Shown here: piece by piece, positions 41,872-51,654 of the stretch | Position numbering within the stretch: position 1 is the stretch's first letter | Layout of the letters: every line of letters starts with the position of its first letter | Assembly: GCA_964419675.1 (NCBI GenBank) | Contig: CAYQPN010000001.1 | Location: forward strand, 173,060 to 237,059 | Direction of reading: 5' to 3' | Length of the DNA: 64,000 nt | DNA from: an uncultured Candidatus Saccharibacteria bacterium | GTDB taxonomy: Bacteria; Patescibacteriota; Saccharimonadia; Saccharimonadales; SZUA-47 | The notes under the pieces: generated by a model | Seen by the model: only the letters and a program-made list of their open reading frames with translations | The model's database searches: none | What the model was told of the DNA's origin: nothing | Program-made: the position numbers and the translations under genes

Positions 41872-42306
41872 ATGGCGGAAGCCAAGAAACCAGTAGAAAA
41901 AAAAGCAAAACCAGCAGCTAAGCCAGTTGCTAAAGCTGAAGTTAAAGCACCAGAAGTTAAAAAGTCTGCGCATGTAGCTAAGCCAGCTGAAGCAGCACCA
42001 ATGAAGCAGAGAATTCGTATTCGTTTAAAGGCTTATGACCACAAGGTTATTGACCAGTCAGCAAAACAAATTGTTGACACAGCACTTAGAACTGGAGCAA
42101 CAATTGCCGGCCCGATACCTCTCCCAACACGTAAAAGTACCTTTACTGTTGTAAAAAGCCCTCACGTATACAAAAAAGGCCGTGAACAATTTGAAATGCG
42201 TATTCACAAACGTCTTATTGATGTTCTTGAGCCAACCCCAAAGACAATTGATTCTCTTATGAATCTTAGTCTTCCTGCTGGCTGCGACGCAGAAATAAAG
42301 ATGTAA
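41872..42306 (+). CDS. rpsJ: 30S ribosomal protein S10 with 43-aa Lys/Ala/Pro-rich N-terminal extension
   Basis: The S10 core starts at M44 ([14 protein letters not shown]). GGGAGA Shine-Dalgarno precedes the ATG at 41872, while no Shine-Dalgarno precedes the internal ATG at 42001. Confidence 0.9.
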   Translation: MAEAKKPVEKKAKPAAKPVAKAEVKAPEVKKSAHVAKPAEAAPMKQRIRIRLKAYDHKVIDQSAKQIVDTALRTGATIAGPIPLPTRKSTFTVVKSPHVYKKGREQFEMRIHKRLIDVLEPTPKTIDSLMNLSLPAGCDAEIKM

Positions 42307-42359
42307 CTTTAAGGTTAAGAGTCTGGCATCTAAGATCAGGGGATGGTAGAATATTGCTA

Positions 42360-42653
42360 ATGGTTAAGAAAAAGAAAACTTTATATAAAAATAGTAGAAA
42401 AAATGCATCGGTTGACAGGGACTCTGCATTCTTCTTGAAAGCTGTGGTATTTTTGATTCTTGGATCTCAGTGGATATATATTGAGTCTGCAGGGAGTAAT
42501 TTTCAGATACCAATCCCCGTAGGATTAATTTTAGGGCTAGTTTTCGCCACACATGAACACTTTAAAATTGATCGTAAAATTGAATATATTATCCTTTTGT
42601 TTGCTTCATTCATATCCTTCTGGCTCCCCTTGGGTCTAGTGTTGCAAGTCTAG
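42360..42653 (+). CDS. Small hypothetical membrane protein (about 97 aa, 3 predicted TM helices) between rpsJ and rplC
   Basis: Lys-rich N-terminus followed by three hydrophobic stretches (FFLKAVVFLILGSQWIYI, IPVGLILGLVFA, IILLFASFISFWLPLGLVL). The start may be ATG 42360 or TTG 42354. Confidence 0.5.
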   Translation: MVKKKKTLYKNSRKNASVDRDSAFFLKAVVFLILGSQWIYIESAGSNFQIPIPVGLILGLVFATHEHFKIDRKIEYIILLFASFISFWLPLGLVLQV

Positions 42654-42711
42654 CATATCGTGACTTGTGACTCGAAACTCCCAACTTTTTCATTGTAGAA
42701 TTGTCTACGTA

Positions 42712-42741
42712 TTGACAGATGAAATAATCTTATGTTAAACT
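42712..42741 (+). promoter_or_regulatory. Promoter TTGACA-N18-TGtTAAACT for the rplC-led operon
   Basis: TTGACA at 42712-42717, TG at 42733-42734 and TAAACT at 42736-42741. Confidence 0.55.
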
Positions 42742-42759
42742 GTTAGGAACATCGCTATT

Positions 42760-42817
42760 ACTTGGTGATTTGGTAAGTCCAAAGAAAAGGGAAACTGCCT
42801 CACACCAAGTGTTTTTA
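42760..42817 (+). terminator. Leader hairpin plus U-run (attenuator-like) upstream of rplC-rplD
   Basis: ACUUGGUG (42760-42767) pairs with CACCAAGU (42803-42810), enclosing the inner hairpin UUUGG-UAAGU-CCAAA. It is followed by GUUUUUAU and lies 65 nt before the rplC ATG. Confidence 0.45.
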
Positions 42818-42881
42818 TGTCTAAGACAATAGAAACAGTAACAGTTGTTTTAAGTGATAAAAGTTAATAACAAAGGGATAA

Positions 42882-43502
42882 ATGAAGGCATTAATTACCA
42901 GAAAAATTGGCATGACAAGCACAATCAGCGATGATGGTGTTGTTAGTGCTGTTACTCTGCTTTCTGCAACTCCCTGCGTAATTACTCAAATTAAGAATGA
43001 TGAAATTGACGGTTATCAAGCCTTACAAATCGGATTTGAAGAAACAAAAAAAGCTAATAACGCACAACTCGGCCACAACAAGCCAGCTAATATTCAACCT
43101 AAGATTGTGCGCGAATTTAGAACAGAAACAACAGAATTACCAGAAGATCTCGCAGTAGGAAGCAAACTTACAGCCGAGGTCTTTTCAGTTGGAGACATGG
43201 TTGACGTTGTTGGTACAAGCAAAGGTAAGGGTCACGCAGGAACAATCAAGAGACACAACTTTCACAGACAACGAGCAACACATGGTGGCAAAGGTGACAC
43301 TCGAAAAGTTGGTTCAATTGGTTCTATGTACCCTCAAAAGATTTTTAAAGGCAAGAAAATGGCCGGACGTATGGGTGGCGAACGCATAACTGTTAAGAAC
43401 CTTAAAGTTTCGATAGTTGATGCAGAAAAAGGCTTACTAGCAATAACTGGTGCAATTCCTGGCCCAAGACACAGCATTGTCCTTGTAAAAGGAGTCAAAT
43501 AA
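42882..43502 (+). CDS. rplC: 50S ribosomal protein L3
   Basis: MKALITRKIGMT...GKGHAGTIKRHNF. Confidence 0.96.
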   Translation: MKALITRKIGMTSTISDDGVVSAVTLLSATPCVITQIKNDEIDGYQALQIGFEETKKANNAQLGHNKPANIQPKIVREFRTETTELPEDLAVGSKLTAEVFSVGDMVDVVGTSKGKGHAGTIKRHNFHRQRATHGGKGDTRKVGSIGSMYPQKIFKGKKMAGRMGGERITVKNLKVSIVDAEKGLLAITGAIPGPRHSIVLVKGVK

Positions 43503-44152
43503 TGGCTACAGCAACATTTACGAAAGCCGGCGCAAAGGCCACTTCACCTGCAAAACTCGACAAGGCTGTTTTTTCTGTTGAACCTAAGAATCACGAACTA
43601 TTAAGACAAGCATACCTAATGTATTTAGCAAATGGCCGAGAAAACCTAGCAAAGACGCTAAGACGTGGTGAAGTTAGCGGTGGTGGACGAAAGCCTTGGA
43701 AACAAAAAGGAACAGGACGTGCACGTTTTGGTTCTATAAGAGTACCAATCTGGCGCGGTGGTGGAATTACCTTTGGCCCACTTGGTGTTGAGAACTATTC
43801 AAAGAATATGAACATTAAGGCTAAGCGCGTGGCTATTCGTCAAGCACTGACGCTTAAAGCAGGTTCTGGAAACATGATTATTATTGAAGATTTTAGCGCA
43901 AAAGACGGAAAAACATCTGCGGCCAAAGCACTACTAAGCAAAATAGGAGCAAAGGGCCGCATTTTAATAGCGGTAGATTCAAAAACACCTGAAGTTGACA
44001 GGTCTGTAGCTAATATAAGCAAAGTAGAAGTTGTCCAAGCTAACTATCTAAACACCTACAACATTATGAATGCCGACACATTGGTTATTACGACTAAAGC
44101 TCTTGAAATAGTCCATGCATGGCTTGGTGAGAAGAAAGAGGCCATAAAGTAA
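43502..44152 (+). CDS. rplD: 50S ribosomal protein L4
   Basis: GGGRKPWKQKGTGRARFGSIRVPIWRGGG, with a TAATG overlap with rplC. Confidence 0.96.
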   Translation: MATATFTKAGAKATSPAKLDKAVFSVEPKNHELLRQAYLMYLANGRENLAKTLRRGEVSGGGRKPWKQKGTGRARFGSIRVPIWRGGGITFGPLGVENYSKNMNIKAKRVAIRQALTLKAGSGNMIIIEDFSAKDGKTSAAKALLSKIGAKGRILIAVDSKTPEVDRSVANISKVEVVQANYLNTYNIMNADTLVITTKALEIVHAWLGEKKEAIK

Positions 44153-44532
44153 TGAGTATTATCGTCTTAAAGCCAAAAATGAGCGAAAAAACCTACGCAC
44201 TTAGCAACTCAAGAGTTTACGTGTTTAATGTTGACTCTTCACTTAACAAGCATCAAGTAGCTAAAACAGTTGAGCAAACTTATGAAGTAGTAGTCACTAA
44301 AGTAAACATGGTAAATACAAAGGGCAAAGCAAAACGTGCTTATAAAGGCCGAAAGTTTGAAAACGGAATGCGTTCTGATCTTAAGAAGGCATATGTAACG
44401 TTAGCTGAAGGCAATGCTATACCTATTTTTGCCGCTGTTGAAGAGGCAGAAGTTAAAGCTGAGAAATCTACTGAAGTTGCTAAAAAATCTGCAGAAAAAG
44501 CAGCTAAAAAAGCCAAAAAGGATGGGAAGTAA
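44152..44532 (+). CDS. rplW: 50S ribosomal protein L23 with charged C-terminal tail
   Basis: L23 core (LKPKMSEKTY...VFNVD) plus an A/E/K-rich tail. Confidence 0.93.
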   Translation: MSIIVLKPKMSEKTYALSNSRVYVFNVDSSLNKHQVAKTVEQTYEVVVTKVNMVNTKGKAKRAYKGRKFENGMRSDLKKAYVTLAEGNAIPIFAAVEEAEVKAEKSTEVAKKSAEKAAKKAKKDGK

Positions 44533-44535
44533 GCC

Positions 44536-45393
44536 ATGGCTATAAAAACTTATAACCCAACAACTCCTGGTCAGCGCGGAATGACAACTCGTGATTTTTC
44601 TGCAATCACAACTAACAAGCCAACCCGTTCTTTGATAACTATTAAAAAGAAACAATCAGGACGTAATAATCAAGGACGTATAACTACAAGACACCAAGGT
44701 GGTGGAGTGACTAGGTTTTTAAGAAACATTAATTTTAACCTCGCGCCTGGCACAGAAGCTATAGTTGAACACATTGAATATGACCCAAACAGAAGTGCCG
44801 ATATAGCACGACTTAAAGACAAAAACGGTGAGCCGCATTATATTATTGCTGCTAAAGGCTTAAAAGTTGGTAAAAAAGTTGAATCAGGTGCTGAATCGCC
44901 AATTTCTACCAGTAACCGCTTACCGCTTAAAAATATTCCAGCTGGTTCAGTAATTCACGCGGTTGAGTTAATCCCAGGTGGAGGTGCACGACTTGTTCGT
45001 AGTGCTGGAAACAGTGCACAGCTTATCGCTAAAGAAGATGATTATTGCCAAGTTCGTTTGCCTAGTGGAGAAGTAAGAAAAGTCCCTTCTGCTTGCATGG
45101 CAAGTATTGGCAGTATCGGAAACGACCAACATCAGAACGTTAAGTTTGGTAAAGCAGGACGAAAGCGAAAAATGGGCATTCGCCCATCTGTTCGTGGTGT
45201 AGTTATGAACGCAGTAGATCACCCTCACGGTGGTGGAGACGGTGGTAGACACGGCGTTGGTGGTAGCACAAATCATGGTCAGGCACCTAGAACACCATGG
45301 GGTCAGAAAACTCTTGGCTATAAGACGCGTAATCGAACCAAGACATCAAATAAATTTATCGTGAAGAGCCGTCACGAAGCGAAGAGGAAATAA
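44536..45393 (+). CDS. rplB: 50S ribosomal protein L2
   Basis: [16 protein letters not shown]...[14 protein letters not shown]. Confidence 0.97.
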   Translation: MAIKTYNPTTPGQRGMTTRDFSAITTNKPTRSLITIKKKQSGRNNQGRITTRHQGGGVTRFLRNINFNLAPGTEAIVEHIEYDPNRSADIARLKDKNGEPHYIIAAKGLKVGKKVESGAESPISTSNRLPLKNIPAGSVIHAVELIPGGGARLVRSAGNSAQLIAKEDDYCQVRLPSGEVRKVPSACMASIGSIGNDQHQNVKFGKAGRKRKMGIRPSVRGVVMNAVDHPHGGGDGGRHGVGGSTNHGQAPRTPWGQKTLGYKTRNRTKTSNKFIVKSRHEAKRK

Positions 45394-45401
45394 GGAATAA
45401 C

Positions 45402-45674
45402 ATGTCTAGATCACTGAAAAAAGGACCATTTATAGACCCTAAACTAGCTAAAAAGCTGGCTGCTCTTGGAAATGACGACCGAACAATTGTAAAAACTTGG
45501 GCGAGAGCTTGCACAATACCTCCTGAATTCGTAGGCAGAACAGTTGCTGTACATAATGGTAAAGTTCACGTTCCTGTATATATCACAGAAAATATGGTTG
45601 GTCATAAATTAGGAGAATTCTCTCCTACACGTAAGTTCCGCAAACACGGCGGAAAGATAGCGAAGGCGGAATAG
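45402..45674 (+). CDS. rpsS: 30S ribosomal protein S19
   Basis: [12 protein letters not shown]...VAVHNGK...GHKLGEF. Confidence 0.97.
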   Translation: MSRSLKKGPFIDPKLAKKLAALGNDDRTIVKTWARACTIPPEFVGRTVAVHNGKVHVPVYITENMVGHKLGEFSPTRKFRKHGGKIAKAE

Positions 45675-45677
45675 TAT

Positions 45678-46070
45678 ATGTCAGTAATAGCATTAGCTAA
45701 AGGTGTACACCAAAGCCCAAGAAAAGTATCAGAAGTAGCTGCTTTAGTACGAGGCCGAACTGTTGCAGATGCACTAGTTATATTGAGCCACACACCACGA
45801 CGTTCAGCTTTAGCGGTATCTAAAGTTATTTCAAGTGCAAAGGCTAACGCAGAGCACAATCATAGCCTAAAACCTGATACATTGAAAATTACCGAAATTA
45901 CCGTTACAGCCGGCCCACGTATTAAACGATATCGACCAGCAGCACATGGACGCGCACTACCCTTCCAAAGAAAAACGAGCCACATTAGAGTTTCAGTTGA
46001 TGGTGAAGTTAGAGTTAAAAAAGCAGTTGCAAGCAAAGAAAAGCCAGCAACTGAAAAGGAGACCAAATAA
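45678..46070 (+). CDS. rplV: 50S ribosomal protein L22
   Basis: L22 core (SPRKV..VA.LVRG..V.DAL.IL) plus a short K/E tail. Confidence 0.95.
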   Translation: MSVIALAKGVHQSPRKVSEVAALVRGRTVADALVILSHTPRRSALAVSKVISSAKANAEHNHSLKPDTLKITEITVTAGPRIKRYRPAAHGRALPFQRKTSHIRVSVDGEVRVKKAVASKEKPATEKETK

Positions 46071-46699
46071 TGGGACAAAAAGTTAACCCAATTAGCATGC
46101 GTCTTCAAGTTAACAAAAACTGGAGAAGTAAGTGGTTTGCAAGCAAGCGTGAATACCGAAATTTCTTAACGGATGATCTGAATGTTCGAAGACTAATCGA
46201 TAACAAACTAGGTTCACGTGCTGCAATCAACAGAGTTGACATAGAACGCTCACCTAATCAGATTACAATTACAATTCAAACTGGTAAAGCCGGTGTTGTC
46301 ATTGGAAGAGGTGGAGCTGGTGTTAACGAGTTGAAGCTTGAAGCTGAAAATATTTACAAAACACCTGTAAGAATAAATATTGAAGAAGTAAAAAAGACTG
46401 AATTATTCGCAAAACTTGTTGCTGAGAACATCGCAAACCAAATAGAGCGCCGAATTGCATTTAGACGAGCTATAAAGTCAACAGCTGCAGCTACAATGCG
46501 TGGTGGAGCAAAAGGTATCCGTATTGAAGTAGCTGGCCGATTAAACGGAGCTGAAATGTCTAGACGAGAAAAAGAAGTTCAAGGTTCAGTTCCGCTTCAC
46601 ACAATTCGTGCAGATATTGACTTTGCGAAAGCTGAAGCAAAAACCCCAGCCGGAATCATTGGTGTAAAAGTATGGATATACAAAGGCGAGGTAGTCTAA
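46070..46699 (+). CDS. rpsC: 30S ribosomal protein S3
   Basis: [12 protein letters not shown]... and the KH domain sequence [10 protein letters not shown]. Confidence 0.97.
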   Translation: MGQKVNPISMRLQVNKNWRSKWFASKREYRNFLTDDLNVRRLIDNKLGSRAAINRVDIERSPNQITITIQTGKAGVVIGRGGAGVNELKLEAENIYKTPVRINIEEVKKTELFAKLVAENIANQIERRIAFRRAIKSTAAATMRGGAKGIRIEVAGRLNGAEMSRREKEVQGSVPLHTIRADIDFAKAEAKTPAGIIGVKVWIYKGEVV

Positions 46700-46700
46700 C

Positions 46701-47114
46701 ATGTTAGTTCCAAACCGAACCAAATTCAGAAAAGTACGCAAAGGACGAAATGATGGACCTGCTACTTCTGGTAACTCAATAGCTTTTGGCGAGTACGCAC
46801 TTCAGTCAATTGAAAACGAACGAATCACTAGTAGACAAATAGAGGCTTCTAGACAAGCAATGACTAGATATATAAAGCGTGGTGGACAAATTTGGATAAG
46901 AATCTTTCCGCACACACCTATTACCAAGAAACCGCAGGACGTCAAAATGGGTGGCGGAAAAGGAAATCCTGAATATTTTGCAGCAAAAGTACAAGCTGGA
47001 ACAGTGCTATTCGAAATTGCTGGAGTAACTCCTGAAGATGCAAGCGAAGCAATGAGACTCGCATCTCACAAGTTGCCTGTTAAGACTAGGTTTATCAAGC
47101 GAGAGGTATCATAA
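46701..47114 (+). CDS. rplP: 50S ribosomal protein L16
   Basis: [16 protein letters not shown]...[12 protein letters not shown]. Confidence 0.97.
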   Translation: MLVPNRTKFRKVRKGRNDGPATSGNSIAFGEYALQSIENERITSRQIEASRQAMTRYIKRGGQIWIRIFPHTPITKKPQDVKMGGGKGNPEYFAAKVQAGTVLFEIAGVTPEDASEAMRLASHKLPVKTRFIKREVS

Positions 47115-47118
47115 AATC

Positions 47119-47322
47119 ATGTTAAAAATGGAAGAAATACGAGAAATGACTACTGAAAAGCTTGCAACCGAAACTACAAAGCTTAGAGAAGAAATTGCTG
47201 AAATGAGACGAAGAGTACACATGGGCGAAGTTCAAAACACAAGAATTATTCGAATTAAACGCCGAGAAATGGCACGAATGTTAACCGTACTAGGTGAACA
47301 ACTATCTAAGGAGAGGGCATAA
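47119..47322 (+). CDS. rpmC: 50S ribosomal protein L29
   Basis: Size, operon position and a typical helical L29 sequence (EIREMTTEKLATETTKLREE). Confidence 0.9.
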   Translation: MLKMEEIREMTTEKLATETTKLREEIAEMRRRVHMGEVQNTRIIRIKRREMARMLTVLGEQLSKERA

Positions 47323-47323
47323 T

Positions 47324-47635
47324 ATGGCACGATCAATTATAGGAACAGTTGTATCTGACAAAGCTGATAAAACTATTGTATTAAGCACGACTGTAAGAAA
47401 AACTCACCCAATATATAAGAAGCAGTTCAGCAGAAGCACAAAATACATTGCGCACGATGAGAATAATGAAGCTGTTGTTGGGGATGTTGTCGAGGTTGTA
47501 GAAACCAGACCAATATCTGCAAGAAAGAAGCTTAAATTAGTGAAAATTATCTCAAGGGCAAAAATTGCTGAGGCTGATCGTGTCGAAAACGTAACCGCAG
47601 AGCCAAAAGAAGAAACTGTTGAGGAGAAGTCATGA
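47324..47635 (+). CDS. rpsQ: 30S ribosomal protein S17
   Basis: [26 protein letters not shown] Shine-Dalgarno precedes ATG 47324, whereas the ORF-track start at 47294 overlaps rpmC. Confidence 0.95.
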   Translation: MARSIIGTVVSDKADKTIVLSTTVRKTHPIYKKQFSRSTKYIAHDENNEAVVGDVVEVVETRPISARKKLKLVKIISRAKIAEADRVENVTAEPKEETVEEKS

Positions 47636-48000
47636 TACAACAAGAATCAAGACTAGGCGTATGCGACAACAGCGGAGCGAAAGAAATTCTTTGCATCAGA
47701 GTATTAGGCGGAACTAGAAAGCGTTATGCCGGAATTGGTGACACTATTGTAGCTACTGTAAAACAAGCCTCTACTAGCGGTACAGTAAAGAAGAAGACAG
47801 TAGTAAGAGCAGTTATCGTGAGAACAAAAGACACAATTCAAAGAAAAGATGGCTCGACAATTAAATTTGATGACAATTCTGCAGTAATAATTGGTGACGA
47901 CAAACTTCCTAAAGGTACTCGTATTTTTGGGCCAGTTCCTCGTGAACTAAGAGATTTAGGCTATGCAAAAATTATCAGCCTTGCCCCGGAGGTACTTTAA
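47632..48000 (+). CDS. rplN: 50S ribosomal protein L14
   Basis: [18 protein letters not shown]. Confidence 0.97.
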   Translation: MIQQESRLGVCDNSGAKEILCIRVLGGTRKRYAGIGDTIVATVKQASTSGTVKKKTVVRAVIVRTKDTIQRKDGSTIKFDDNSAVIIGDDKLPKGTRIFGPVPRELRDLGYAKIISLAPEVL

Positions 48001-48357
48001 ATGAGCTTCAAGTTAAAAAATATGGAAACTATGCCTGTTTCAAAGATTAGATTGAAAAAGGGTGACACAGTAGTCGTTCTAAGTGGTAAGTATAAGGGTC
48101 AGAGCGGAAAAATTGAAAAGACACATCCTACTTTAAACAAAGTCACTGTTGAAGGAATCAATATTGTTAAGAAACACATAAAAGCATCTCAAACAAATCC
48201 ACAAGGTGGAATTGTCGATATTACAAAGCCAATTTGGGTAAGTAAAGTAGCTATTGTTGAACCATCTAGTAAGAAACCAAGCAAAATAGGTTATAAATTT
48301 GATAAAGACGGCAATAAGGTACGTGTATTTAAGCGCAACGGAAAGGAGATAAAGTAA
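48001..48357 (+). CDS. rplX: 50S ribosomal protein L24
   Basis: KOW motif (LKKGDTVVVLSGKYKGQSGKI). The exact start is uncertain (48001 or the internal ATG codons). Confidence 0.93.
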   Translation: MSFKLKNMETMPVSKIRLKKGDTVVVLSGKYKGQSGKIEKTHPTLNKVTVEGINIVKKHIKASQTNPQGGIVDITKPIWVSKVAIVEPSSKKPSKIGYKFDKDGNKVRVFKRNGKEIK

Positions 48358-48962
48358 TGGCTGAAACTAAAACCAAAGCACCTATAAAGAAAAAGTCTGC
48401 TACTGTATCTACTTCAGCAAGGCTTAAAATTCAATATCTAGAACAATTTAGGACCGAACTAGTAAAAGAGTTAGGTTTAAAAAATGTAAACCAAGCACCA
48501 GTTCTTATGAAAATTGTAGTAAACGTAGGTCTAGGAAAAGCAAAAGATGAGAAAAAATTGATGGAAGTTGCAAATAACACGCTCGCCAAGATTACAGGGC
48601 AAAAACCAATCGAGCGAGCTTCAAAAGTATCCATCGCAACGTTTAAATTACGTGAAGGTAGCAAAATTGGAACCATGGTTACATTACGTGGTGAACGTAT
48701 GTATGAATTCATGGACAGAGTTATAAACGTAGTATTACCAAGATTAAGAGATTTCCACGGTGTTTCTAACAAAGCTTTTGACATGCAAGGTAATTACAGC
48801 CTTGGGTTCACGGATCAATCAGTTTTTCCCGAGCTGTCATTTGAAGAGACAACTACACCACATGGTCTGCAGGTGAATTTCGTAATAAATTGTGAAAACG
48901 CAGAAGGCGCAAAAGCTCTATTAGTAAAGTTCGGGATGCCGTTCATGAAAGAAGGAAAATAG
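48357..48962 (+). CDS. rplE: 50S ribosomal protein L5
   Basis: L5 core (VNVGLGKA...[11 protein letters not shown]...LPRLRDF) with a basic N-terminal extension of about 20 aa. Confidence 0.96.
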   Translation: MAETKTKAPIKKKSATVSTSARLKIQYLEQFRTELVKELGLKNVNQAPVLMKIVVNVGLGKAKDEKKLMEVANNTLAKITGQKPIERASKVSIATFKLREGSKIGTMVTLRGERMYEFMDRVINVVLPRLRDFHGVSNKAFDMQGNYSLGFTDQSVFPELSFEETTTPHGLQVNFVINCENAEGAKALLVKFGMPFMKEGK

Positions 48963-48963
48963 T

Positions 48964-49233
48964 ATGGCCAAGAAATCAATAATCGCACGAGATTTAAAGA
49001 GAATAAAAATGATAGAACAGTACTCTGCTAAACGCGCTGAGCTAAAAGCGGCTGGAGATTCAGAGGGTTTGCATTTACTACCTAGAAATAGCAGTCCTAC
49101 AAGAAGAACTAACAGGTGTAGTGAATCAGGACGATCCAGAGCTTATATGAGGCAGTTTGGTTTATCTCGTATGTCGTTTAGAGAACACGCTGTTAAGGGT
49201 GAAGTGCCCGGCATAACGAAAGCAAGTTGGTAG
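48964..49233 (+). CDS. rpsN: 30S ribosomal protein S14, long non-zinc (C-) form
   Basis: 89 aa, ending ...RNRC-type [14 protein letters not shown]...KASW. No CxxC pairs are present. Confidence 0.93.
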   Translation: MAKKSIIARDLKRIKMIEQYSAKRAELKAAGDSEGLHLLPRNSSPTRRTNRCSESGRSRAYMRQFGLSRMSFREHAVKGEVPGITKASW

Positions 49234-49240
49234 GATTAAT

Positions 49241-49627
49241 ATGGTATCAACAGACCCAATAGCAGATATGCTAACAAGAATCAGAAATGCCCAAGCCGTT
49301 CTTAAGACTGAGGTTACTCTTCCTTTTAGTTCAGTCAAAGAATCAGTTGCTAAAATATTAGTTGAGAATAAATATGTAGAATCTATAAAAGTTGAAAAAG
49401 ACGGCTTTAAGAAGCTTCTTGTTATTACGCTTCCAGAAAAAACTGTTATCAATGAAATAACTCGCATAAGTAAGCCAGGACGTCGTGTATATGCAAAAGT
49501 TAAAGATATCCCACATGTTAAACAGGGACGTGGAATCGTTATAGTGTCTACTTCGCAAGGAGTTATGTTAGGTTCAGATGCAAAAGCTAAAAGACTTGGT
49601 GGCGAAGTCTTGTGTAAGGTTTATTAA
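49241..49627 (+). CDS. rpsH: 30S ribosomal protein S8
   Basis: DPIADMLTRIRNA...GGEVLCKVY. Confidence 0.97.
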   Translation: MVSTDPIADMLTRIRNAQAVLKTEVTLPFSSVKESVAKILVENKYVESIKVEKDGFKKLLVITLPEKTVINEITRISKPGRRVYAKVKDIPHVKQGRGIVIVSTSQGVMLGSDAKAKRLGGEVLCKVY

Positions 49628-49638
49628 GGAGAAATAAA

Positions 49639-50175
49639 GTGAGTCGAATAGGAAAACAACCAATCGAAATACCGAGCGGAGTGACAATCACTGTCGATGA
49701 GCATGCTATTACGGTTACAGGACCTAAAGGTACACTCAGTCAGTTTATGATGCCCGGAATAAGTGTAACCGTAGATGGGAATATAGCTACAGTATCAAGA
49801 ATAGATGACGAGCAAGTCCATCGTTCTAAGCACGGCTTGGTACGTAGTTTGGTAAACAACATGATAATCGGAGTTACAACTGGTTATTCAAAGAGTTTAG
49901 AAATTAACGGAGTAGGTTATAAAGTACAATTAGCAGGAAGTGGACTAAAGTTAAGTCTTGGATTTTCACATGATGTTAATTATGCGTTTCCAGAAGGCAT
50001 CACAGCTAAAGTAGAGCAAAACAATATAACTATAATTGGTAATAGCAAACAACTCGTAGGACAAGTAGCTGCCGATATTCGTTCATTAAAGAAACCTGAA
50101 CCGTATAAGGGTAAGGGAATCAAATATACTGACGAAAGAGTGCTCCGAAAGAGCGGAAAGTCGGGTAAGGAGTAG
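49639..50175 (+). CDS. rplF: 50S ribosomal protein L6
   Basis: GTG start preceded by AAGGAG, then MSRIGKQPIEIPSGV. Confidence 0.96.
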   Translation: MSRIGKQPIEIPSGVTITVDEHAITVTGPKGTLSQFMMPGISVTVDGNIATVSRIDDEQVHRSKHGLVRSLVNNMIIGVTTGYSKSLEINGVGYKVQLAGSGLKLSLGFSHDVNYAFPEGITAKVEQNNITIIGNSKQLVGQVAADIRSLKKPEPYKGKGIKYTDERVLRKSGKSGKE

Positions 50176-50178
50176 ATT

Positions 50179-50532
50179 ATGAGTGAAATAAATAGAAAAC
50201 GCAGTAATCGAATTCAACGAGCCGCTCGTACTAGAGCTTCAATAACTGGAACATCTGAGCGACCTAGATTGTCGGTTCACATCAGCAACACGAACATATC
50301 AGCGCAGATCATAGACGACGAAAAAACGATTTCATTAGTACAGGTGTCGTCAGTCGGAAGTAAAACTAATGGAACAATGACAGAAAAAGCTAAAGCAGTT
50401 GGAGCAGAAGTAGCTAAGAAAGCAATAACTAGTAAAATTAAACGAGTTGTATTTGACCGAGGTGCAAAAAAGTACCACGGAAGAGTGAAAGCATTAGCCG
50501 ACGCAGCCCGAGAGAACGGTTTGGAGTTTTAA
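50179..50532 (+). CDS. rplR: 50S ribosomal protein L18
   Basis: [20 protein letters not shown]...[22 protein letters not shown]. Confidence 0.96.
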   Translation: MSEINRKRSNRIQRAARTRASITGTSERPRLSVHISNTNISAQIIDDEKTISLVQVSSVGSKTNGTMTEKAKAVGAEVAKKAITSKIKRVVFDRGAKKYHGRVKALADAARENGLEF

Positions 50533-50533
50533 T

Positions 50534-51091
50534 ATGGCCAGAGAACCACGAATGGAAAGAGAAGAAAAGCAATTTGACGAAAGAGTTGTTGCTATTGACC
50601 GTGTTGCACGTGTAGTTAAAGGTGGACGTAGATTTAGGTTTAGGGCCTTAATGGTTGTAGGAGACAGAAAAGGTAGTGTTGGAATTGGTACTGCTAAAGG
50701 CGCCGATGTTACCGCAGCCGTGGCAAAAGCTACTGAAGTAGCTAAAAAGAATATGGTAAAAGTAGTAGTAGAAAAAGACACTATACCCCATGATCAAGAG
50801 GCTAAAGTAGCCGGAGCTCATATACTTATAATGCCTGCTGCTCCGGGTACTGGACTGATTGCTGGAGGAGTTGTAAGAGTTGTATTAGAAGTAGCTGGAG
50901 TAAAGAATGTGCTCTCTAAGTCTATTGGGTCAAGCAATAAGATTAACGTAGCTTACGCAACAGTTGAAGCTCTTAAATTAATGCAACCAAAAGCTAAATG
51001 GCACACGGAAATGTTAAGAAAAGCTAAACCTGCCGATAAAAAGCCAACAGTTAAAAAAGAAGCAGTAAAAGTTGGACCAAAGGATAAATAA
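50534..51091 (+). CDS. rpsE: 30S ribosomal protein S5 with Lys-rich C-terminal tail
   Basis: [20 protein letters not shown]...GIGTAKG. It is followed directly by rplO, with no rpmD in between. Confidence 0.96.
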   Translation: MAREPRMEREEKQFDERVVAIDRVARVVKGGRRFRFRALMVVGDRKGSVGIGTAKGADVTAAVAKATEVAKKNMVKVVVEKDTIPHDQEAKVAGAHILIMPAAPGTGLIAGGVVRVVLEVAGVKNVLSKSIGSSNKINVAYATVEALKLMQPKAKWHTEMLRKAKPADKKPTVKKEAVKVGPKDK

Positions 51092-51559
51092 ATGAAATTT
51101 AACGAACTTAACGTACAGAAAAAGAAAAAAGCCGGACGAGTAGGTAGAGGTATTGCTGCTGGACAAGGTAAGACAGCAGGAAGAGGAACTAAGGGTCAGG
51201 GTTCAAGAGCAGGCAGTACTCGAAAACCAGGATTTGAAGGTGGCCAAAACCCATTGTTTAGAAAAATACCTAAACTACGAGGATTTACACCTTTCTGGGA
51301 TAAACCGACGACACTAACAACCGGAGATTTGAACGTGTTTAAGGGTCTTGTAGACAACTTCACACTATTCGAAGCTAAGGTTATTGCAAACCCTTCAGTA
51401 ATAGTAAGAGTTGTATTAAGAGGTGATGTTACTTCCAAAGTGGACGTAAAACTTCAAGGTGCTTCTGAAAAGGCTATTTTAGCTATATCAAAAGCTGGCG
51501 GAAGCTTTGAAAAAACTGCGAGAGTTAAAGCAGCTGGAAAATCTGATACCGAGAAATAA
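51092..51559 (+). CDS. rplO: 50S ribosomal protein L15
   Basis: GRGIAAGQGKTAGRGTKGQ. Confidence 0.96.
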   Translation: MKFNELNVQKKKKAGRVGRGIAAGQGKTAGRGTKGQGSRAGSTRKPGFEGGQNPLFRKIPKLRGFTPFWDKPTTLTTGDLNVFKGLVDNFTLFEAKVIANPSVIVRVVLRGDVTSKVDVKLQGASEKAILAISKAGGSFEKTARVKAAGKSDTEK

Positions 51560-51600
51560 TATTTTTTCATACATAATGTTTTAAAAATAAAGTCCCCAAC

Positions 51601-51609
51601 TGTTATAAT
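51601..51609 (+). promoter_or_regulatory. Extended -10 (TGtTATAAT) upstream of secY (internal promoter)
   Basis: AACTGTTATAATT closely resembles the elements at 4091-4105 and 53166-53180. A possible -35 TTTAAA lies 18 nt upstream. Confidence 0.45.
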
Positions 51610-51654
51610 TGACTTCAACGGGTGGAAAACGAAACAAGAGGGTAAATAAATAAA

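Noticed and set aside
41616-41921. 101-aa ORF in the tuf-rpsJ spacer.
   Set aside because: It starts inside the 3' arm of the tuf terminator, has no RBS or -10, overlaps the well-supported rpsJ start, and has a low-complexity hydrophobic and basic sequence. It is most likely a chance ORF in an AT-rich spacer.
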